Shown here piece by piece: positions 29,805-39,244 of a DNA stretch of 64,000 nucleotides (positions are counted from its first letter, which is position 1; each line of letters begins with the position of its first letter). Position numbers and translations under genes: made by a program. Source of the stretch: an uncultured bacterium (GTDB taxonomy: Bacteria; SAR324; NAC60-12). Location of the stretch: NCBI GenBank assembly GCA_965662235.1, contig CBFIGY010000013.1, forward strand, positions 1 to 64,000, given 5' to 3'. The notes below the pieces were generated by a model. The model did not search any database. It was not told where the DNA came from and saw only the letters and a list, made by a program, of their open reading frames with translations.

Positions 29805-30933
29805 GAATCGCATCCTTCTTGTCGATGATGAGCGCATTGTGCGCGACACGGTCCGCCGAGCCCTGCGTCATGAGACGGTAGACGTGGCAGAAGCCGAAAA
29901 CGGTCAAGAGGCCGCCACCCTCATTGAAAGCTGGAAGCCTGAGGTCATCTTCCTCGACCTGCGCATGCCGGTGCTGGATGGCCTGGGGCTGCTTCGGCAA
30001 CTGCACCTCACCTCTGACTCCCCCTTTCAGGTGATTGTCCTCACCGGACACGGAGACGATGACGAGCTCAAGGCGTGTTACGACCTAGGCGTCCGGGCCT
30101 TTCTCCGCAAGCCCTTCAACCGGATTGAGATCCGGTCCCTCATGCACCAGAGCCTCGCCTTCCTGAAGTCCCAGCGCCAGCTGCAGCTGGCCCTCTCGCT
30201 GCGTTCCGAGCAGTTGGAGCAAGCCGAGGCCGAGCTCTTTCAGGCCTCCAAGCTGACCCTCTTGGGGGAGTTTACAGCAAGCATGGTGGAAGACATCAGT
30301 CAGCCGCTGGGCCTCATCAGCCTCGCAGTGGAGAGCGGACGTCGGGCGCTGGAGCAGCAGAACTGGGACCGGATGGAACGGGTGATCGGACGTCTGGAGC
30401 AGGGAACCCAAAGCACGGTCGACCTCCTCAACCGCATGCGCGCCTTTGGTCAGCAGAAGCTGGAGTCCCCCTACCCCCTCCGGCTCAATGACGTCCTCAG
30501 GCAGGCCCTAGAATCCATGCAGCAGCCCCTGGAAGAGGCCCAGATTGAGCTCCACCTGGACCTGCAGCGTGACCTTCCCGAGGTGCATGCCGTGTCCGGA
30601 CAGCTGGTGCAGGTCTTCACCCACCTGCTGCTCAATGCCAAGGAGGCACTCAGTCAAAAGCCAGCAACCGCTCCCCGGACCCTCCACCTGAAGACCTGGA
30701 GCACCCCCACCGACATCAGGGCTTCTGTCCGAGACAACGGGGGCGGCATTCCGGAAGACCTCCTCCCTCACCTGTTTGAAACCCTCTACACCACCCCGGA
30801 CAAGCAGGTTGGTGCCGGACTTGGACTCTCCATCAGCAAACGCTTGCTCGGACTTTATGAGGCTGATATCATAATTAACAATTATCCCAATGAGGGAGCT
30901 GAATTTCTCCTCACGTTCCCTCTCAAATCCTGA
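29797..30933 (+). CDS. REC - histidine kinase-like protein lacking the phospho-His
   Basis: Intact receiver; H-box reads SMVEDISQPL; N/G boxes LLNAKEA, DNGGG, GAGLGL. ATG at 29797. Confidence 0.85.
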   Translation: MPKNRILLVDDERIVRDTVRRALRHETVDVAEAENGQEAATLIESWKPEVIFLDLRMPVLDGLGLLRQLHLTSDSPFQVIVLTGHGDDDELKACYDLGVRAFLRKPFNRIEIRSLMHQSLAFLKSQRQLQLALSLRSEQLEQAEAELFQASKLTLLGEFTASMVEDISQPLGLISLAVESGRRALEQQNWDRMERVIGRLEQGTQSTVDLLNRMRAFGQQKLESPYPLRLNDVLRQALESMQQPLEEAQIELHLDLQRDLPEVHAVSGQLVQVFTHLLLNAKEALSQKPATAPRTLHLKTWSTPTDIRASVRDNGGGIPEDLLPHLFETLYTTPDKQVGAGLGLSISKRLLGLYEADIIINNYPNEGAEFLLTFPLKS

Positions 30934-30988
30934 ATCTCCCGTCCCCAGCTCCTTCTGGAAGGAACCCCCACTTGTGGATGCACTTGTC

Positions 30989-31750
30989 ATGAAAAAGCCT
31001 AATTTATTGCTGGTGGATGATGATACCAACATGCTGGCCTCGCTTCAGGACCTCCTCGAAGACGACTACACCGTCTTCATGGCCCACAATGGAGAGGCGG
31101 CGCTGGAGCTCCTTCGGACCTCTGGGATGGATTTTCCGGTGGTGGTTTCGGATCAGAGCATGCCCCGTCTGCAGGGGCACGAGCTGTTCCGCATCATTCA
31201 CCGCGAGTTCCCTGACACCCTGGGGATTCTGTTTACGGGTTTTCCTGAGGTGGAGAGTCTGATTCAGGCGGTCAATGAGGGGCACATCTACGGATGCCTG
31301 CGCAAGGACTTCCAGTCGCAGGACCTGGTGCAGCTGGTCAACCGGGCCTACCAGTGGCAAGAGAGCCTCCGGGGCCTCAAGGCCCAGGCGGGACTGGGTG
31401 TCACCGATCAGCTCGAGCAGGAGCTGCAGCGGGCCTGGCGGTATGGCTTGGAGTATGTGGGGGTGTTGATCGACTGGTCGGGACCCGCAGCTCCGGAACG
31501 CCTGAAGCAGCGGTTGCGCAAAAGCGATGTGGTGGGAAACCTCAATCACTCCCGGAGCCTGGTTCTGCTGACGCACACGCCACTGGACAAGGCCAAGCCG
31601 GCGCTGGACCGCCTTCTGACCACCTGCCCCGAATGCCAACTGGGCATCCTCAAGCCCAGTTCGGAGCAAGAGCCTTCGGTTGAAGCCTACCTGCTCACCC
31701 TGAGCACTGAGCCGTTGCAAACGGTCACCACAGCCCTGACTGGAGCTTAG
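30989..31750 (+). CDS. Response regulator with a degenerate GGDEF-like C-terminus
   Basis: LLVDDD, SDQSMP; EQELQRAWRY..VLID..LRKSDVVG-NLNHSRS-LVLL. Confidence 0.75.
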   Translation: MKKPNLLLVDDDTNMLASLQDLLEDDYTVFMAHNGEAALELLRTSGMDFPVVVSDQSMPRLQGHELFRIIHREFPDTLGILFTGFPEVESLIQAVNEGHIYGCLRKDFQSQDLVQLVNRAYQWQESLRGLKAQAGLGVTDQLEQELQRAWRYGLEYVGVLIDWSGPAAPERLKQRLRKSDVVGNLNHSRSLVLLTHTPLDKAKPALDRLLTTCPECQLGILKPSSEQEPSVEAYLLTLSTEPLQTVTTALTGA

Positions 31751-32106
31751 AGGTCCTCCAGGATCTGCATCAGGTCCGGGACCTTGAACGGTTTGTCCAG
31801 AAACCGCCACACGTCCAGCTCCTTGAAGAGGTGCTTGAAGCTCACCCCCTTCACATCGGCCCCACCAGACATGACAATGACCCGAAAGGTCATGCCCTGC
31901 CCTCGGACCACCCGCAGCAGTTCCTCTCCATCCATCTCTGGCATGATGTAATCCGTGATCATCAGGTCCGGATGCCCTGCCTCCAGGGCGATCAAGGCTT
32001 CCTTGCCGTTGGTCACGCCCCGCACCTCATGGTCCAGGGTTTCTAGGATGTCGATGAGAACGTCTCGGAAGACGGCGCTGTCCTCTACTACCAGTATTTT
32101 AGCCAT
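31747..32106 (-). CDS. Single-domain response regulator
   Basis: LVVEDS, TDYIMPEMDG, MSG, DKPF. Confidence 0.92.
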   Translation of the reverse strand: MAKILVVEDSAVFRDVLIDILETLDHEVRGVTNGKEALIALEAGHPDLMITDYIMPEMDGEELLRVVRGQGMTFRVIVMSGGADVKGVSFKHLFKELDVWRFLDKPFKVPDLMQILEDL

Positions 32107-33733
32107 GCAGGGTCTCAGGTGGATCGACGGGTTGTTTGGGAAGTTGAATGCAGAAGCAGGCCCCCGGCCCCTGGTTCTCCACCGTGAGGCGTCCGCCTAG
32201 GTGCTGCTCCACAATCATCCGGGACATGTGCAGGCCAAGGCCAGTGCCCTGGCGGTCTCGTTTGGTGCTGAAGTACGGTTCAAAGATACGCTCCCTCAGG
32301 TCCTCCGGAATGCCTCCTCCGGAGTCACAGACCGTCAGCAGGAGGAGGGCCTCCTGATCCTGCAGGGTAAAGGTGAGGGTACGTTTGTCGTCTGGGATAT
32401 TCTGCATCGCGTCCACCGCATTGCTGATGAGGTTCAGCAGCACCTGCAGCAGTTCGCTGGGAAGGGACTCAATGAGTGGTGCTTCCTCAAATAGCACAGA
32501 CACCTCCACCTGAAACCGCTGGAGCCGCTGTTCCATTAGGCTCAGGGCCTGGTTGCAGACCGCGACGAGGTCTGTTGGCTGCGGCTGCTGCTCCGCCTGC
32601 AGCATCTTCCGGAAGTCCTCAATTGTCTGGGAGAGGTACTCCGTTTGAGCCTGAATCTTATCCAGTCCTTCCGCCATGCCTTCATCGGTGAGCTTCTTCA
32701 GCTGCCGTTTGAGGATCATGCCCTGCGCTAGGGTGCTGATGACGGCCAGGGGCTGACGCCACTGATGGGCCACCATGCCGAGCACTTCTCCCATGGTCGC
32801 CAAACGTGTGGCCTGCCGGAGTTGCCGCTGCGACTCCACCAGCGCCTCATTGGACTGCTTCAGTTCGGTGTTTGATTCCTCTAGGTCGCTTTCTGCCTGC
32901 GCCCGTTCCTCCATCAGGTGCACCATGGTCTGCTGGTACACCTGCACCGCCTCCACCAGCTGCATCACCTCAAAGGTCGTGATCTGCTTCGGATCAAAGG
33001 TCATGGGTCGCAGGTAGTGGGTTCCGTTGAGGTTCCGCCACCGCAGGCTGTGGTCCGTGATCTTATCGGCAAGCCCCACCAGCGGACGACTGAGGCGTCG
33101 AGAGAGGTAACTCACCAGCGCCAGGGAGAAGATCAGCGACACCCCCAGCATGATCATGAGGTTGCGCATCTCTCGCTGCAGAATCTCTTGCTCAAAGTCA
33201 TCATTGAACAGCACCATCAACCGTCCCAGCGGAGCACCTCGGTTGTTGAGCAGCACCGAAATCTCCAGCAGCCGCTCACCTGCCTGAAGCTCCTGGCCCT
33301 TGAGCTTCAGGCGTTCCTGCAGCTCAATCGTTTTGCTGAAGAACCCCTGTGCCCGGTACCCCTGCAGAGGAACAGAACCGCTCTGCAGCAGCCCCACTAC
33401 CTTGCGACGGGGAAGGTGGTTTTCCTGAAAAAACGACGGATCGGATGCATCCAGAATAGTGCCCTCCTGATCCAGCACATACGCCAATTCCACCTGCGGC
33501 AACGCGCTCATCTCCCCGAGGGTGATGTTCAGCAACGCCCAGTTTCGCGACAGCACCGAGTCCGTGCAGTCCCGGACAAAGGTCATCACCAACCACTGGT
33601 TCAGCTCCAACTGCTGCCGCTGCTGGGCCTGAGCGGCATACCAGAGCTGGTAGGCAAACAGAAGGGCGGCTGTCAACGACAGCAGGCCTCCAAACCAAAG
33701 AAACAGCTGTGCCTGAATCCGGAGTCGCTTCAT
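32099..33733 (-). CDS. Membrane sensor histidine kinase
   Basis: Two TMs, HAMP-like linker, H-box VAHQWRQPL, NLISNA, DSGGG, GTGLGL. Confidence 0.92.
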   Translation of the reverse strand: MKRLRIQAQLFLWFGGLLSLTAALLFAYQLWYAAQAQQRQQLELNQWLVMTFVRDCTDSVLSRNWALLNITLGEMSALPQVELAYVLDQEGTILDASDPSFFQENHLPRRKVVGLLQSGSVPLQGYRAQGFFSKTIELQERLKLKGQELQAGERLLEISVLLNNRGAPLGRLMVLFNDDFEQEILQREMRNLMIMLGVSLIFSLALVSYLSRRLSRPLVGLADKITDHSLRWRNLNGTHYLRPMTFDPKQITTFEVMQLVEAVQVYQQTMVHLMEERAQAESDLEESNTELKQSNEALVESQRQLRQATRLATMGEVLGMVAHQWRQPLAVISTLAQGMILKRQLKKLTDEGMAEGLDKIQAQTEYLSQTIEDFRKMLQAEQQPQPTDLVAVCNQALSLMEQRLQRFQVEVSVLFEEAPLIESLPSELLQVLLNLISNAVDAMQNIPDDKRTLTFTLQDQEALLLLTVCDSGGGIPEDLRERIFEPYFSTKRDRQGTGLGLHMSRMIVEQHLGGRLTVENQGPGACFCIQLPKQPVDPPETLHG

Positions 33734-33737
33734 GCGT

Positions 33738-34661
33738 TTACTTCACCCGGATGCTCTCAAGGTGGAAGAAGGCCTCCAGTTTATTCGGAAACAGAGCGGC
33801 CGTCGCCGTCGCTGGTTGCACAGGGAGGACAACAAACCCGCCTCCAAACGTCTCCGGAATGGGGTTGCCTTCAAGGGAGTAGGCCACCAGGACCTGACTC
33901 AGATCGGTTTCTGGAGGAAGCAACAGGGAGCTTCCCAGGGTGGAGTGCAGCTCCAGGCTCTGATTGGCGGGCCGATGGGGAACCAGATGGTGGAGCGCGA
34001 CCACGCCCACATCGGTGCTTTCATTGGGAACCATCACCCCCTTGCGCACCCCCCGGGGGATGGGCAGGACACGAGCCAGCTTGGCTTGAGGCGCCCGCAT
34101 CAAGCGCTCACGGCTCCACTCTTCCACAGCGTCTCCCTGCTGAACCTGAACGGCCGGCACCAGGTCCAGGTGTCCAAAGAGAACCCTCTCGACGTACCAG
34201 GTGTAAAGCCCAATGTCTCGATTCTGCTCACTGACCACCTTCAGCGGTCCCCCCCGACGCGGAGAGATGGGCTTACCGTTCTGCTCAAACGCGAGCAGGG
34301 CGCCCGCCTGGATCAGGTCTTCTAGGGGCTCATGGGTGCTGTAACCGTCATTGGCCAGCATGGTCACGTCACCCTCAAATTCAGTCAGGCCGAGCAATTC
34401 CGGGAGCTTGGCAATGGGGATGCCGCCAAACTGCTGGGGGCCATCTTTGGCAAAAATGGGATCGGTGATCTCAATGGTCGTGAGGTACGGACGCAGGTCC
34501 GCTTCCTCAACCACCACCTCCTGAACCTCTAGGTTGGCGTTGCGGGCATAAAGACGCAGCTCAAAGTGGACGGCCTGCGCTGGCGTGGCCATCAGGGCCA
34601 GGCCGAACAGGCTCAGCAGCAGGAGGCTCCGGACAAAGCCGGATCGGTGTAACGGATGCAT
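33738..34661 (-). CDS. Exported protein with tandem molybdopterin-oxidoreductase-like (SUOX/PruR-like) domains
   Basis: Signal peptide ending AQA; GIPIAKL..ANDGY..LLAFEQNGKPI..GGPLKVV..WYVERV and a second VAYSLEGNPIP..GG.FVV..FHLESI unit; no Cys. Confidence 0.68.
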   Translation of the reverse strand: MHPLHRSGFVRSLLLLSLFGLALMATPAQAVHFELRLYARNANLEVQEVVVEEADLRPYLTTIEITDPIFAKDGPQQFGGIPIAKLPELLGLTEFEGDVTMLANDGYSTHEPLEDLIQAGALLAFEQNGKPISPRRGGPLKVVSEQNRDIGLYTWYVERVLFGHLDLVPAVQVQQGDAVEEWSRERLMRAPQAKLARVLPIPRGVRKGVMVPNESTDVGVVALHHLVPHRPANQSLELHSTLGSSLLLPPETDLSQVLVAYSLEGNPIPETFGGGFVVLPVQPATATAALFPNKLEAFFHLESIRVK

Positions 34662-34673
34662 GGGGTCCTTAAG

Positions 34674-36167
34674 TTAAGGGGAAACAACAGGAAAGATGAT
34701 CTGTACCAAAGTGCCGTGGTTCTCCTTGCTCTGGAGATGAAAGACGCCATCTTGGTCGGCAATGATGCTCCGGCAAATGGAAAGCCCGAGTCCGGTGCCC
34801 TTGCCGGCCTCTTTGGTGGTAAAGAAGGGGTCTTCAATCCGCTGAAGGAGCTTTTTCGGAATTCCGGGGCCTGTGTCTTCCACTTCTAGGTAAACCTGAT
34901 CCTCGTTGCGGTACACCCGGAGGATGAGTTGTTTGGGGCCGTTGAAGTGCTGGAAGGCGTCTCGGGCGTTGCTGACCACCTCCACCAGCACATGCTGCAC
35001 CTGCCCAGGAATGCAGCGGATGGTGCACGGCTCATCGGTGTACTCTTCGAGCAACTCAATGCCTCGTCCCACAAACTGCTGACGGTGCAGGTCTGAAGTG
35101 GCTCGGGCGAGGTTCCGGGGGTCTTCTTCCACAAAGTCGGTCTGATTGGAGACCTGAGCAAAGTGCCGCAGTTGCTGAATGACGACGGCAATCCGGTCCA
35201 CGTGTTCGTCAATGCGTTCCAGCGAGCCCCGGACCTTCTCAGGGCGTTTTTCCAGCTGCCCCATGGCCCCACTGACCGAGAGCTTGATGATGCCGAGCGG
35301 GTTGTTGATTTCATGGGCCAGTCCGGTGGCAATGCTTCCCAGCGACGAGAGCTTGGTGCTCTGCACCAGCTGACGCTGCAGGGCCACGCTGTCTCGCTGG
35401 TGCCGGACCAAGCGGGCGTGATTTTCCAGACGGGCCAGCATCTCTTCCCGGGAGAAGGGCTTGACGAGGTAGTCGTTGGCGCCGGCCTTGAGGGCCTCAA
35501 TGACCACCGAGTACTCTCCTGCTGCCGTGAGGATGATCACCGGCAGTTCCGGACGGTCGAGGGGTCCTCGAATGGTCCGGCACAGCTCAATGCCGTCCAT
35601 CTTCGGCATCACAAAGTCCGTCACCACTAGGTCCACCGGGTGCTGCTCAAGCAGGGCAATCGCCTCTTCCCCGTTGGCAGCATCCAGCACCCGGGCGCCG
35701 CGCTTGCGGAGGATGCGGGCCAGGATGGTTCGGATGGAACGGGAATCGTCCACCACCAGGATGTTGATGTCCTCCAACGAGCTTTCATCTGCCAGCAGCT
35801 CCTCCAGGTACTCCTTGAGGCTTCCTGGGGCAAAGGGCTTGCGGATGAACTCCACGGCGCCAGCGTGGAAGGCCCGGGCGTTCAGGTTGGGCTCCTCTTT
35901 GCTGGAAATGACGATGATCGGAATGTGCGAACACTGCGGGTAGTAGCGGATGCGCTGGATGGTTGTGATGCCGTCAATCTCCGGCATCTCCACGTCCATG
36001 GTGATGGCGTCGGGCTCCAGCTCAATCGCCAGGCTCATGGCCTCGCGACCACTCTCAGCCTCATAAATTTCCGCATTGGCCAGGCTCGAGAGTTCCTCGC
36101 GGATGATCTTCCGGGAGCTGGGGCTGTCATCAACAATCAAAATTTTCAGGGGGACCATCTTTCTCAT
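34674..36167 (-). CDS. REC-REC-histidine kinase
   Basis: Two intact receivers; GLAHEINNPL, DTGPG, FFTTK..GTGLGL. Confidence 0.92.
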   Translation of the reverse strand: MRKMVPLKILIVDDSPSSRKIIREELSSLANAEIYEAESGREAMSLAIELEPDAITMDVEMPEIDGITTIQRIRYYPQCSHIPIIVISSKEEPNLNARAFHAGAVEFIRKPFAPGSLKEYLEELLADESSLEDINILVVDDSRSIRTILARILRKRGARVLDAANGEEAIALLEQHPVDLVVTDFVMPKMDGIELCRTIRGPLDRPELPVIILTAAGEYSVVIEALKAGANDYLVKPFSREEMLARLENHARLVRHQRDSVALQRQLVQSTKLSSLGSIATGLAHEINNPLGIIKLSVSGAMGQLEKRPEKVRGSLERIDEHVDRIAVVIQQLRHFAQVSNQTDFVEEDPRNLARATSDLHRQQFVGRGIELLEEYTDEPCTIRCIPGQVQHVLVEVVSNARDAFQHFNGPKQLILRVYRNEDQVYLEVEDTGPGIPKKLLQRIEDPFFTTKEAGKGTGLGLSICRSIIADQDGVFHLQSKENHGTLVQIIFPVVSP

Positions 36168-36221
36168 TTCTCCTACTCACTCAAGGAGCGGTTGTCGCCA
36201 TCGTCACGCCTCGCACACCCC

Positions 36222-37460
36222 TCAGTCCCAGAGCGTTTGCTTGGCAAAAAAATCAAGAATCTGGTTGAGCAGGGTCTGCTCCTCCGGAGCAACGTAAAGG
36301 AACTCAATGCCGAACTCCCCCCGCCCTTCCACGGAACGGTTCCAGATGGTGGTGCCAATCACCTCCAGCGGAGCCAGATCGGGAATCACCGGACGTCCCT
36401 GGTCCCAGTACACCGTCATCCGCACCGTCACTCCCACCGGAAGCGACTGCTCCGACTTGACCCGTGCCCCGGAGCGGGACAGGTCCAGCAGCTCTCCTGT
36501 GGAAAGGACCGTTTGCTTCTGGGTGCTCCGGCGCTCCTCAAACGTCACCGGGACCAGGACGTTGTAGCGCTCGGCTCGGCTGGTCCGGGCATTGAAGAAA
36601 CGCTCTTCTGCTTCACAGAGCACCTCCTCGGAGTGCATGCCCTCCGGAGGGTTCTCCCGGAAGTAGTTGCAGCGCTTGATGTAGTTGATCGTCACCGGAT
36701 CTTCAGGAAAACGCTCCAGACACTCCCGAAACGGGTGCAGCGCCTCCTCAAAGAGCCACGCCTTGTACAGGGCCATTCCCTGAAAGAGCAGCATCTGCGT
36801 CTCACGCTTCACGGCCTGCAGCGCCTCAGAGTCGGTGGCAAACACCTCATACACATTCACCAGCCGCTGCCGGCCCCGAACCCGGAGCGTGTCCACCTCC
36901 CGGACCGCCTGGGCCTGCGTCTTCAGGGCGGCATGCGTGTGATGAGAAATGAGGATCCGGGAGCCAAACGACTTGGTCAGGCTTTCCAGACGTGCAGCCA
37001 AGTTGACGGCATCTCCCACCACCGAAAGGTGCTTGCCGCGCAGGTTCCCCACCCAGCGGTGTCCGACAATCACAGGACCGGTGTTGATGCCAATGCCCGC
37101 CCGGAACTGCCGAGCCCGAGGGCGGGCGTTGAACTCATCCAACCGTTGCTGCATGGCCACTGCCGCTTGGACGGCATGGTCAGCGCTGAACTTTCCCTCA
37201 AAGAGGGCCATGAGGGCGTCGCCCATGAACTTGTCCACGACACCATGATGCCGCTCGACCTCGAGGACCAGGGCATCAAAGATCGCATTGAGCATGCGGA
37301 ACCCCGTCTTCGGGGTGGTGGACTCGACATGCGTGGTGTAGCCACGGATGTCCAGAAACAGAATGGACAGCTTCATCTCGCGCAGAGGAGCGTTGTCTTC
37401 GCTCAGGGCGTCGGTGCTGGCAATCCAATGGAGTCCTCGTTTCCTAGAAGAATTCGACAT
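36222..37460 (-). CDS. Class III adenylate cyclase - TPR - PilZ fusion (no input domain)
   Basis: LFLDIRGYT, DKFMGD, GINTG, SVVGDAVNLAARLE; TPR; RAER..DLSRSG..FGIEF. Confidence 0.87.
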   Translation of the reverse strand: MSNSSRKRGLHWIASTDALSEDNAPLREMKLSILFLDIRGYTTHVESTTPKTGFRMLNAIFDALVLEVERHHGVVDKFMGDALMALFEGKFSADHAVQAAVAMQQRLDEFNARPRARQFRAGIGINTGPVIVGHRWVGNLRGKHLSVVGDAVNLAARLESLTKSFGSRILISHHTHAALKTQAQAVREVDTLRVRGRQRLVNVYEVFATDSEALQAVKRETQMLLFQGMALYKAWLFEEALHPFRECLERFPEDPVTINYIKRCNYFRENPPEGMHSEEVLCEAEERFFNARTSRAERYNVLVPVTFEERRSTQKQTVLSTGELLDLSRSGARVKSEQSLPVGVTVRMTVYWDQGRPVIPDLAPLEVIGTTIWNRSVEGRGEFGIEFLYVAPEEQTLLNQILDFFAKQTLWD

Positions 37461-39237
37461 CGTCTAATAGGTCTTCCTCGCTCGCCTCCGCTGGTGCGGT
37501 CTCCGCTTGCTTCTCAGCCGGGTCCCAGCCCTCAAACAGTCGACTCAGGACCTCCTGAAAGGGTTCCTGCAGACAGGACTGATGAATGGTCCGTTCCACA
37601 TCTCGGGAGTAGAGGTGTTCCAGCTCTGAGAGATCCAGGGGGGAGGGAACCTCGGTTTCCGGTTCCAGCGTGTGTTCCAGCTCGGCGTGGAGGAGTTCAA
37701 TGAGTTGATACGTGAGGCGGACGCGGAGTTCCACCTGTTCCCCAAAGGAAAGATTTTCCAACAAGGTGAGGATTCCGCCAGCTAATTTCCACGTCTCCCG
37801 TGACACGGCCCCCGTCCGGGCCAGCATGGCCACGCTTGCCTCCCGGAATCCCTGCAGGCGCTCATTGAGCGATGCCCGGGTCCGGCCTACGGATTCGAGC
37901 TGCTGATCCAGAGACTGCTCCAGCGCTTCCTGGAAGCCAGCAATCAGCTCCAGCCCCTCCTGCAGGGTGGAGACTTCTCGAGACAGCAGGGTCTGTGCTT
38001 CCTCAGAACGGTGGATGACCTCATGGCTCAGTTTTTCCAGGTGCAGCGACTGCTCTCCGGCATCATTCGGAAGCAGCATCGCGTTCACGGACATGCGGCG
38101 CAGGTCGTTTCCAATGTCCTCAATGGACTCCAGGTGCTCCCGGGTCAGGCGCAGCCGTGCATTGACCTCCTCCATGGCCTCCAGCACACGCCGCGTCACC
38201 CCTTCACTGCGTCGGAGCGTCTGCAGCAGCGCCTGCAGGGCCAGGTCAAGCTGCCGGACGCCGGCACTCAACGGACCTTCCAGCCCCAGGATTTCTCCGA
38301 CTCGGGAAACCTGATTCTGCGCCCGCTCCGAAATGTCCCGGAACCGGGCGTCCACCTGCTGCTCCACCTCATCGGTCTTGTGGAGCACATACGCCAACTG
38401 CCCCAGCTGAATTTCCAGACACTGCTTGGCCCAACGCCGGGACGCCACCGTCCCGTCTTCCAGGCGCGTTCCTGCGAGGAGGAGGGCCTGAGAAACGTGC
38501 TCCATCTGCTGACGGGTGATGTCATGGAACTGCACCGCCATCACCACCTGGTTGAGGTAGGGGACGATTTCCTCTGAGTCCTTGCGGATCCAGCTGCAGG
38601 AGCTGACCACCTTGCGCATCAGGCTGCGCATCTCCCGGACCCCATCTTCCACCTGACGCTGCAGGGCCTCTGCTTCCAGAGGCATCAGTTCGCTCAGGCG
38701 GACCTGCCGCATGACGGTAAAGAACTCCTCCTGTGCCTGTTCCGCGCTCCAGGTCATGGAAAGCCGGGTGTCGGCCATGTGTCCGGCGAGGGTGGTGATG
38801 CCCTCAGACAGCTGAACAAAAGCCCGGGGGTGCGAATGCTGCTGCCCCTGCAGGTTCATGAGGACCCCGATGATGCGGACCGCGTGGGCAAGGCGCATGA
38901 GGAAGCCCCCCACCTGTTCCAGAGACTGGGTCCGTCCGGTCAGGTCGTGCAGACTGGGCAGGGTCCCGGTGAGCAGGGTGGTGCTGTCTCCCACCTCCCG
39001 TCCTCCTTCCCGGAACAGCGTCTCTACCTCATCAAGCTGCCACCCCTCGCCCGACTGAATCCGGGCTTCGACGTCGCCCACTTCAGCCGAGTTGTTCTTG
39101 AACTGGGTGGAGACGCCGTAGATCTGGTCTCCGAGCAAGAGGAAGTCCTGCTCCGTTTCCGCAGAGATGCTCATCAGTCCCTCTGCAGCCTGGCGCAGGA
39201 GGGCGGTTCCGGAGGTCAAGTCAAAGGAGGCGGTCAT
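37444..39237 (-). CDS. Soluble degenerate chemoreceptor-like coiled-coil protein
   Basis: VQFHDITRQQMEHV motif, two decayed hairpin-tip segments, C-terminal DDVEFF tether-like peptide; ATG at 39237. Confidence 0.7.
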   Translation of the reverse strand: MTASFDLTSGTALLRQAAEGLMSISAETEQDFLLLGDQIYGVSTQFKNNSAEVGDVEARIQSGEGWQLDEVETLFREGGREVGDSTTLLTGTLPSLHDLTGRTQSLEQVGGFLMRLAHAVRIIGVLMNLQGQQHSHPRAFVQLSEGITTLAGHMADTRLSMTWSAEQAQEEFFTVMRQVRLSELMPLEAEALQRQVEDGVREMRSLMRKVVSSCSWIRKDSEEIVPYLNQVVMAVQFHDITRQQMEHVSQALLLAGTRLEDGTVASRRWAKQCLEIQLGQLAYVLHKTDEVEQQVDARFRDISERAQNQVSRVGEILGLEGPLSAGVRQLDLALQALLQTLRRSEGVTRRVLEAMEEVNARLRLTREHLESIEDIGNDLRRMSVNAMLLPNDAGEQSLHLEKLSHEVIHRSEEAQTLLSREVSTLQEGLELIAGFQEALEQSLDQQLESVGRTRASLNERLQGFREASVAMLARTGAVSRETWKLAGGILTLLENLSFGEQVELRVRLTYQLIELLHAELEHTLEPETEVPSPLDLSELEHLYSRDVERTIHQSCLQEPFQEVLSRLFEGWDPAEKQAETAPAEASEEDLLDDVEFF

Positions 39238-39244
39238 GGTCTCT

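Noticed and set aside
32918..34234. 438-aa plus-strand ORF and many similar overlapping ORFs
   Set aside because: Antisense or off-frame to motif-supported genes, with composition typical of GC-rich shadow frames.
35640..37703. 687-aa plus-strand ORF
   Set aside because: Shadow of two well-supported minus-strand genes; no domain signal.
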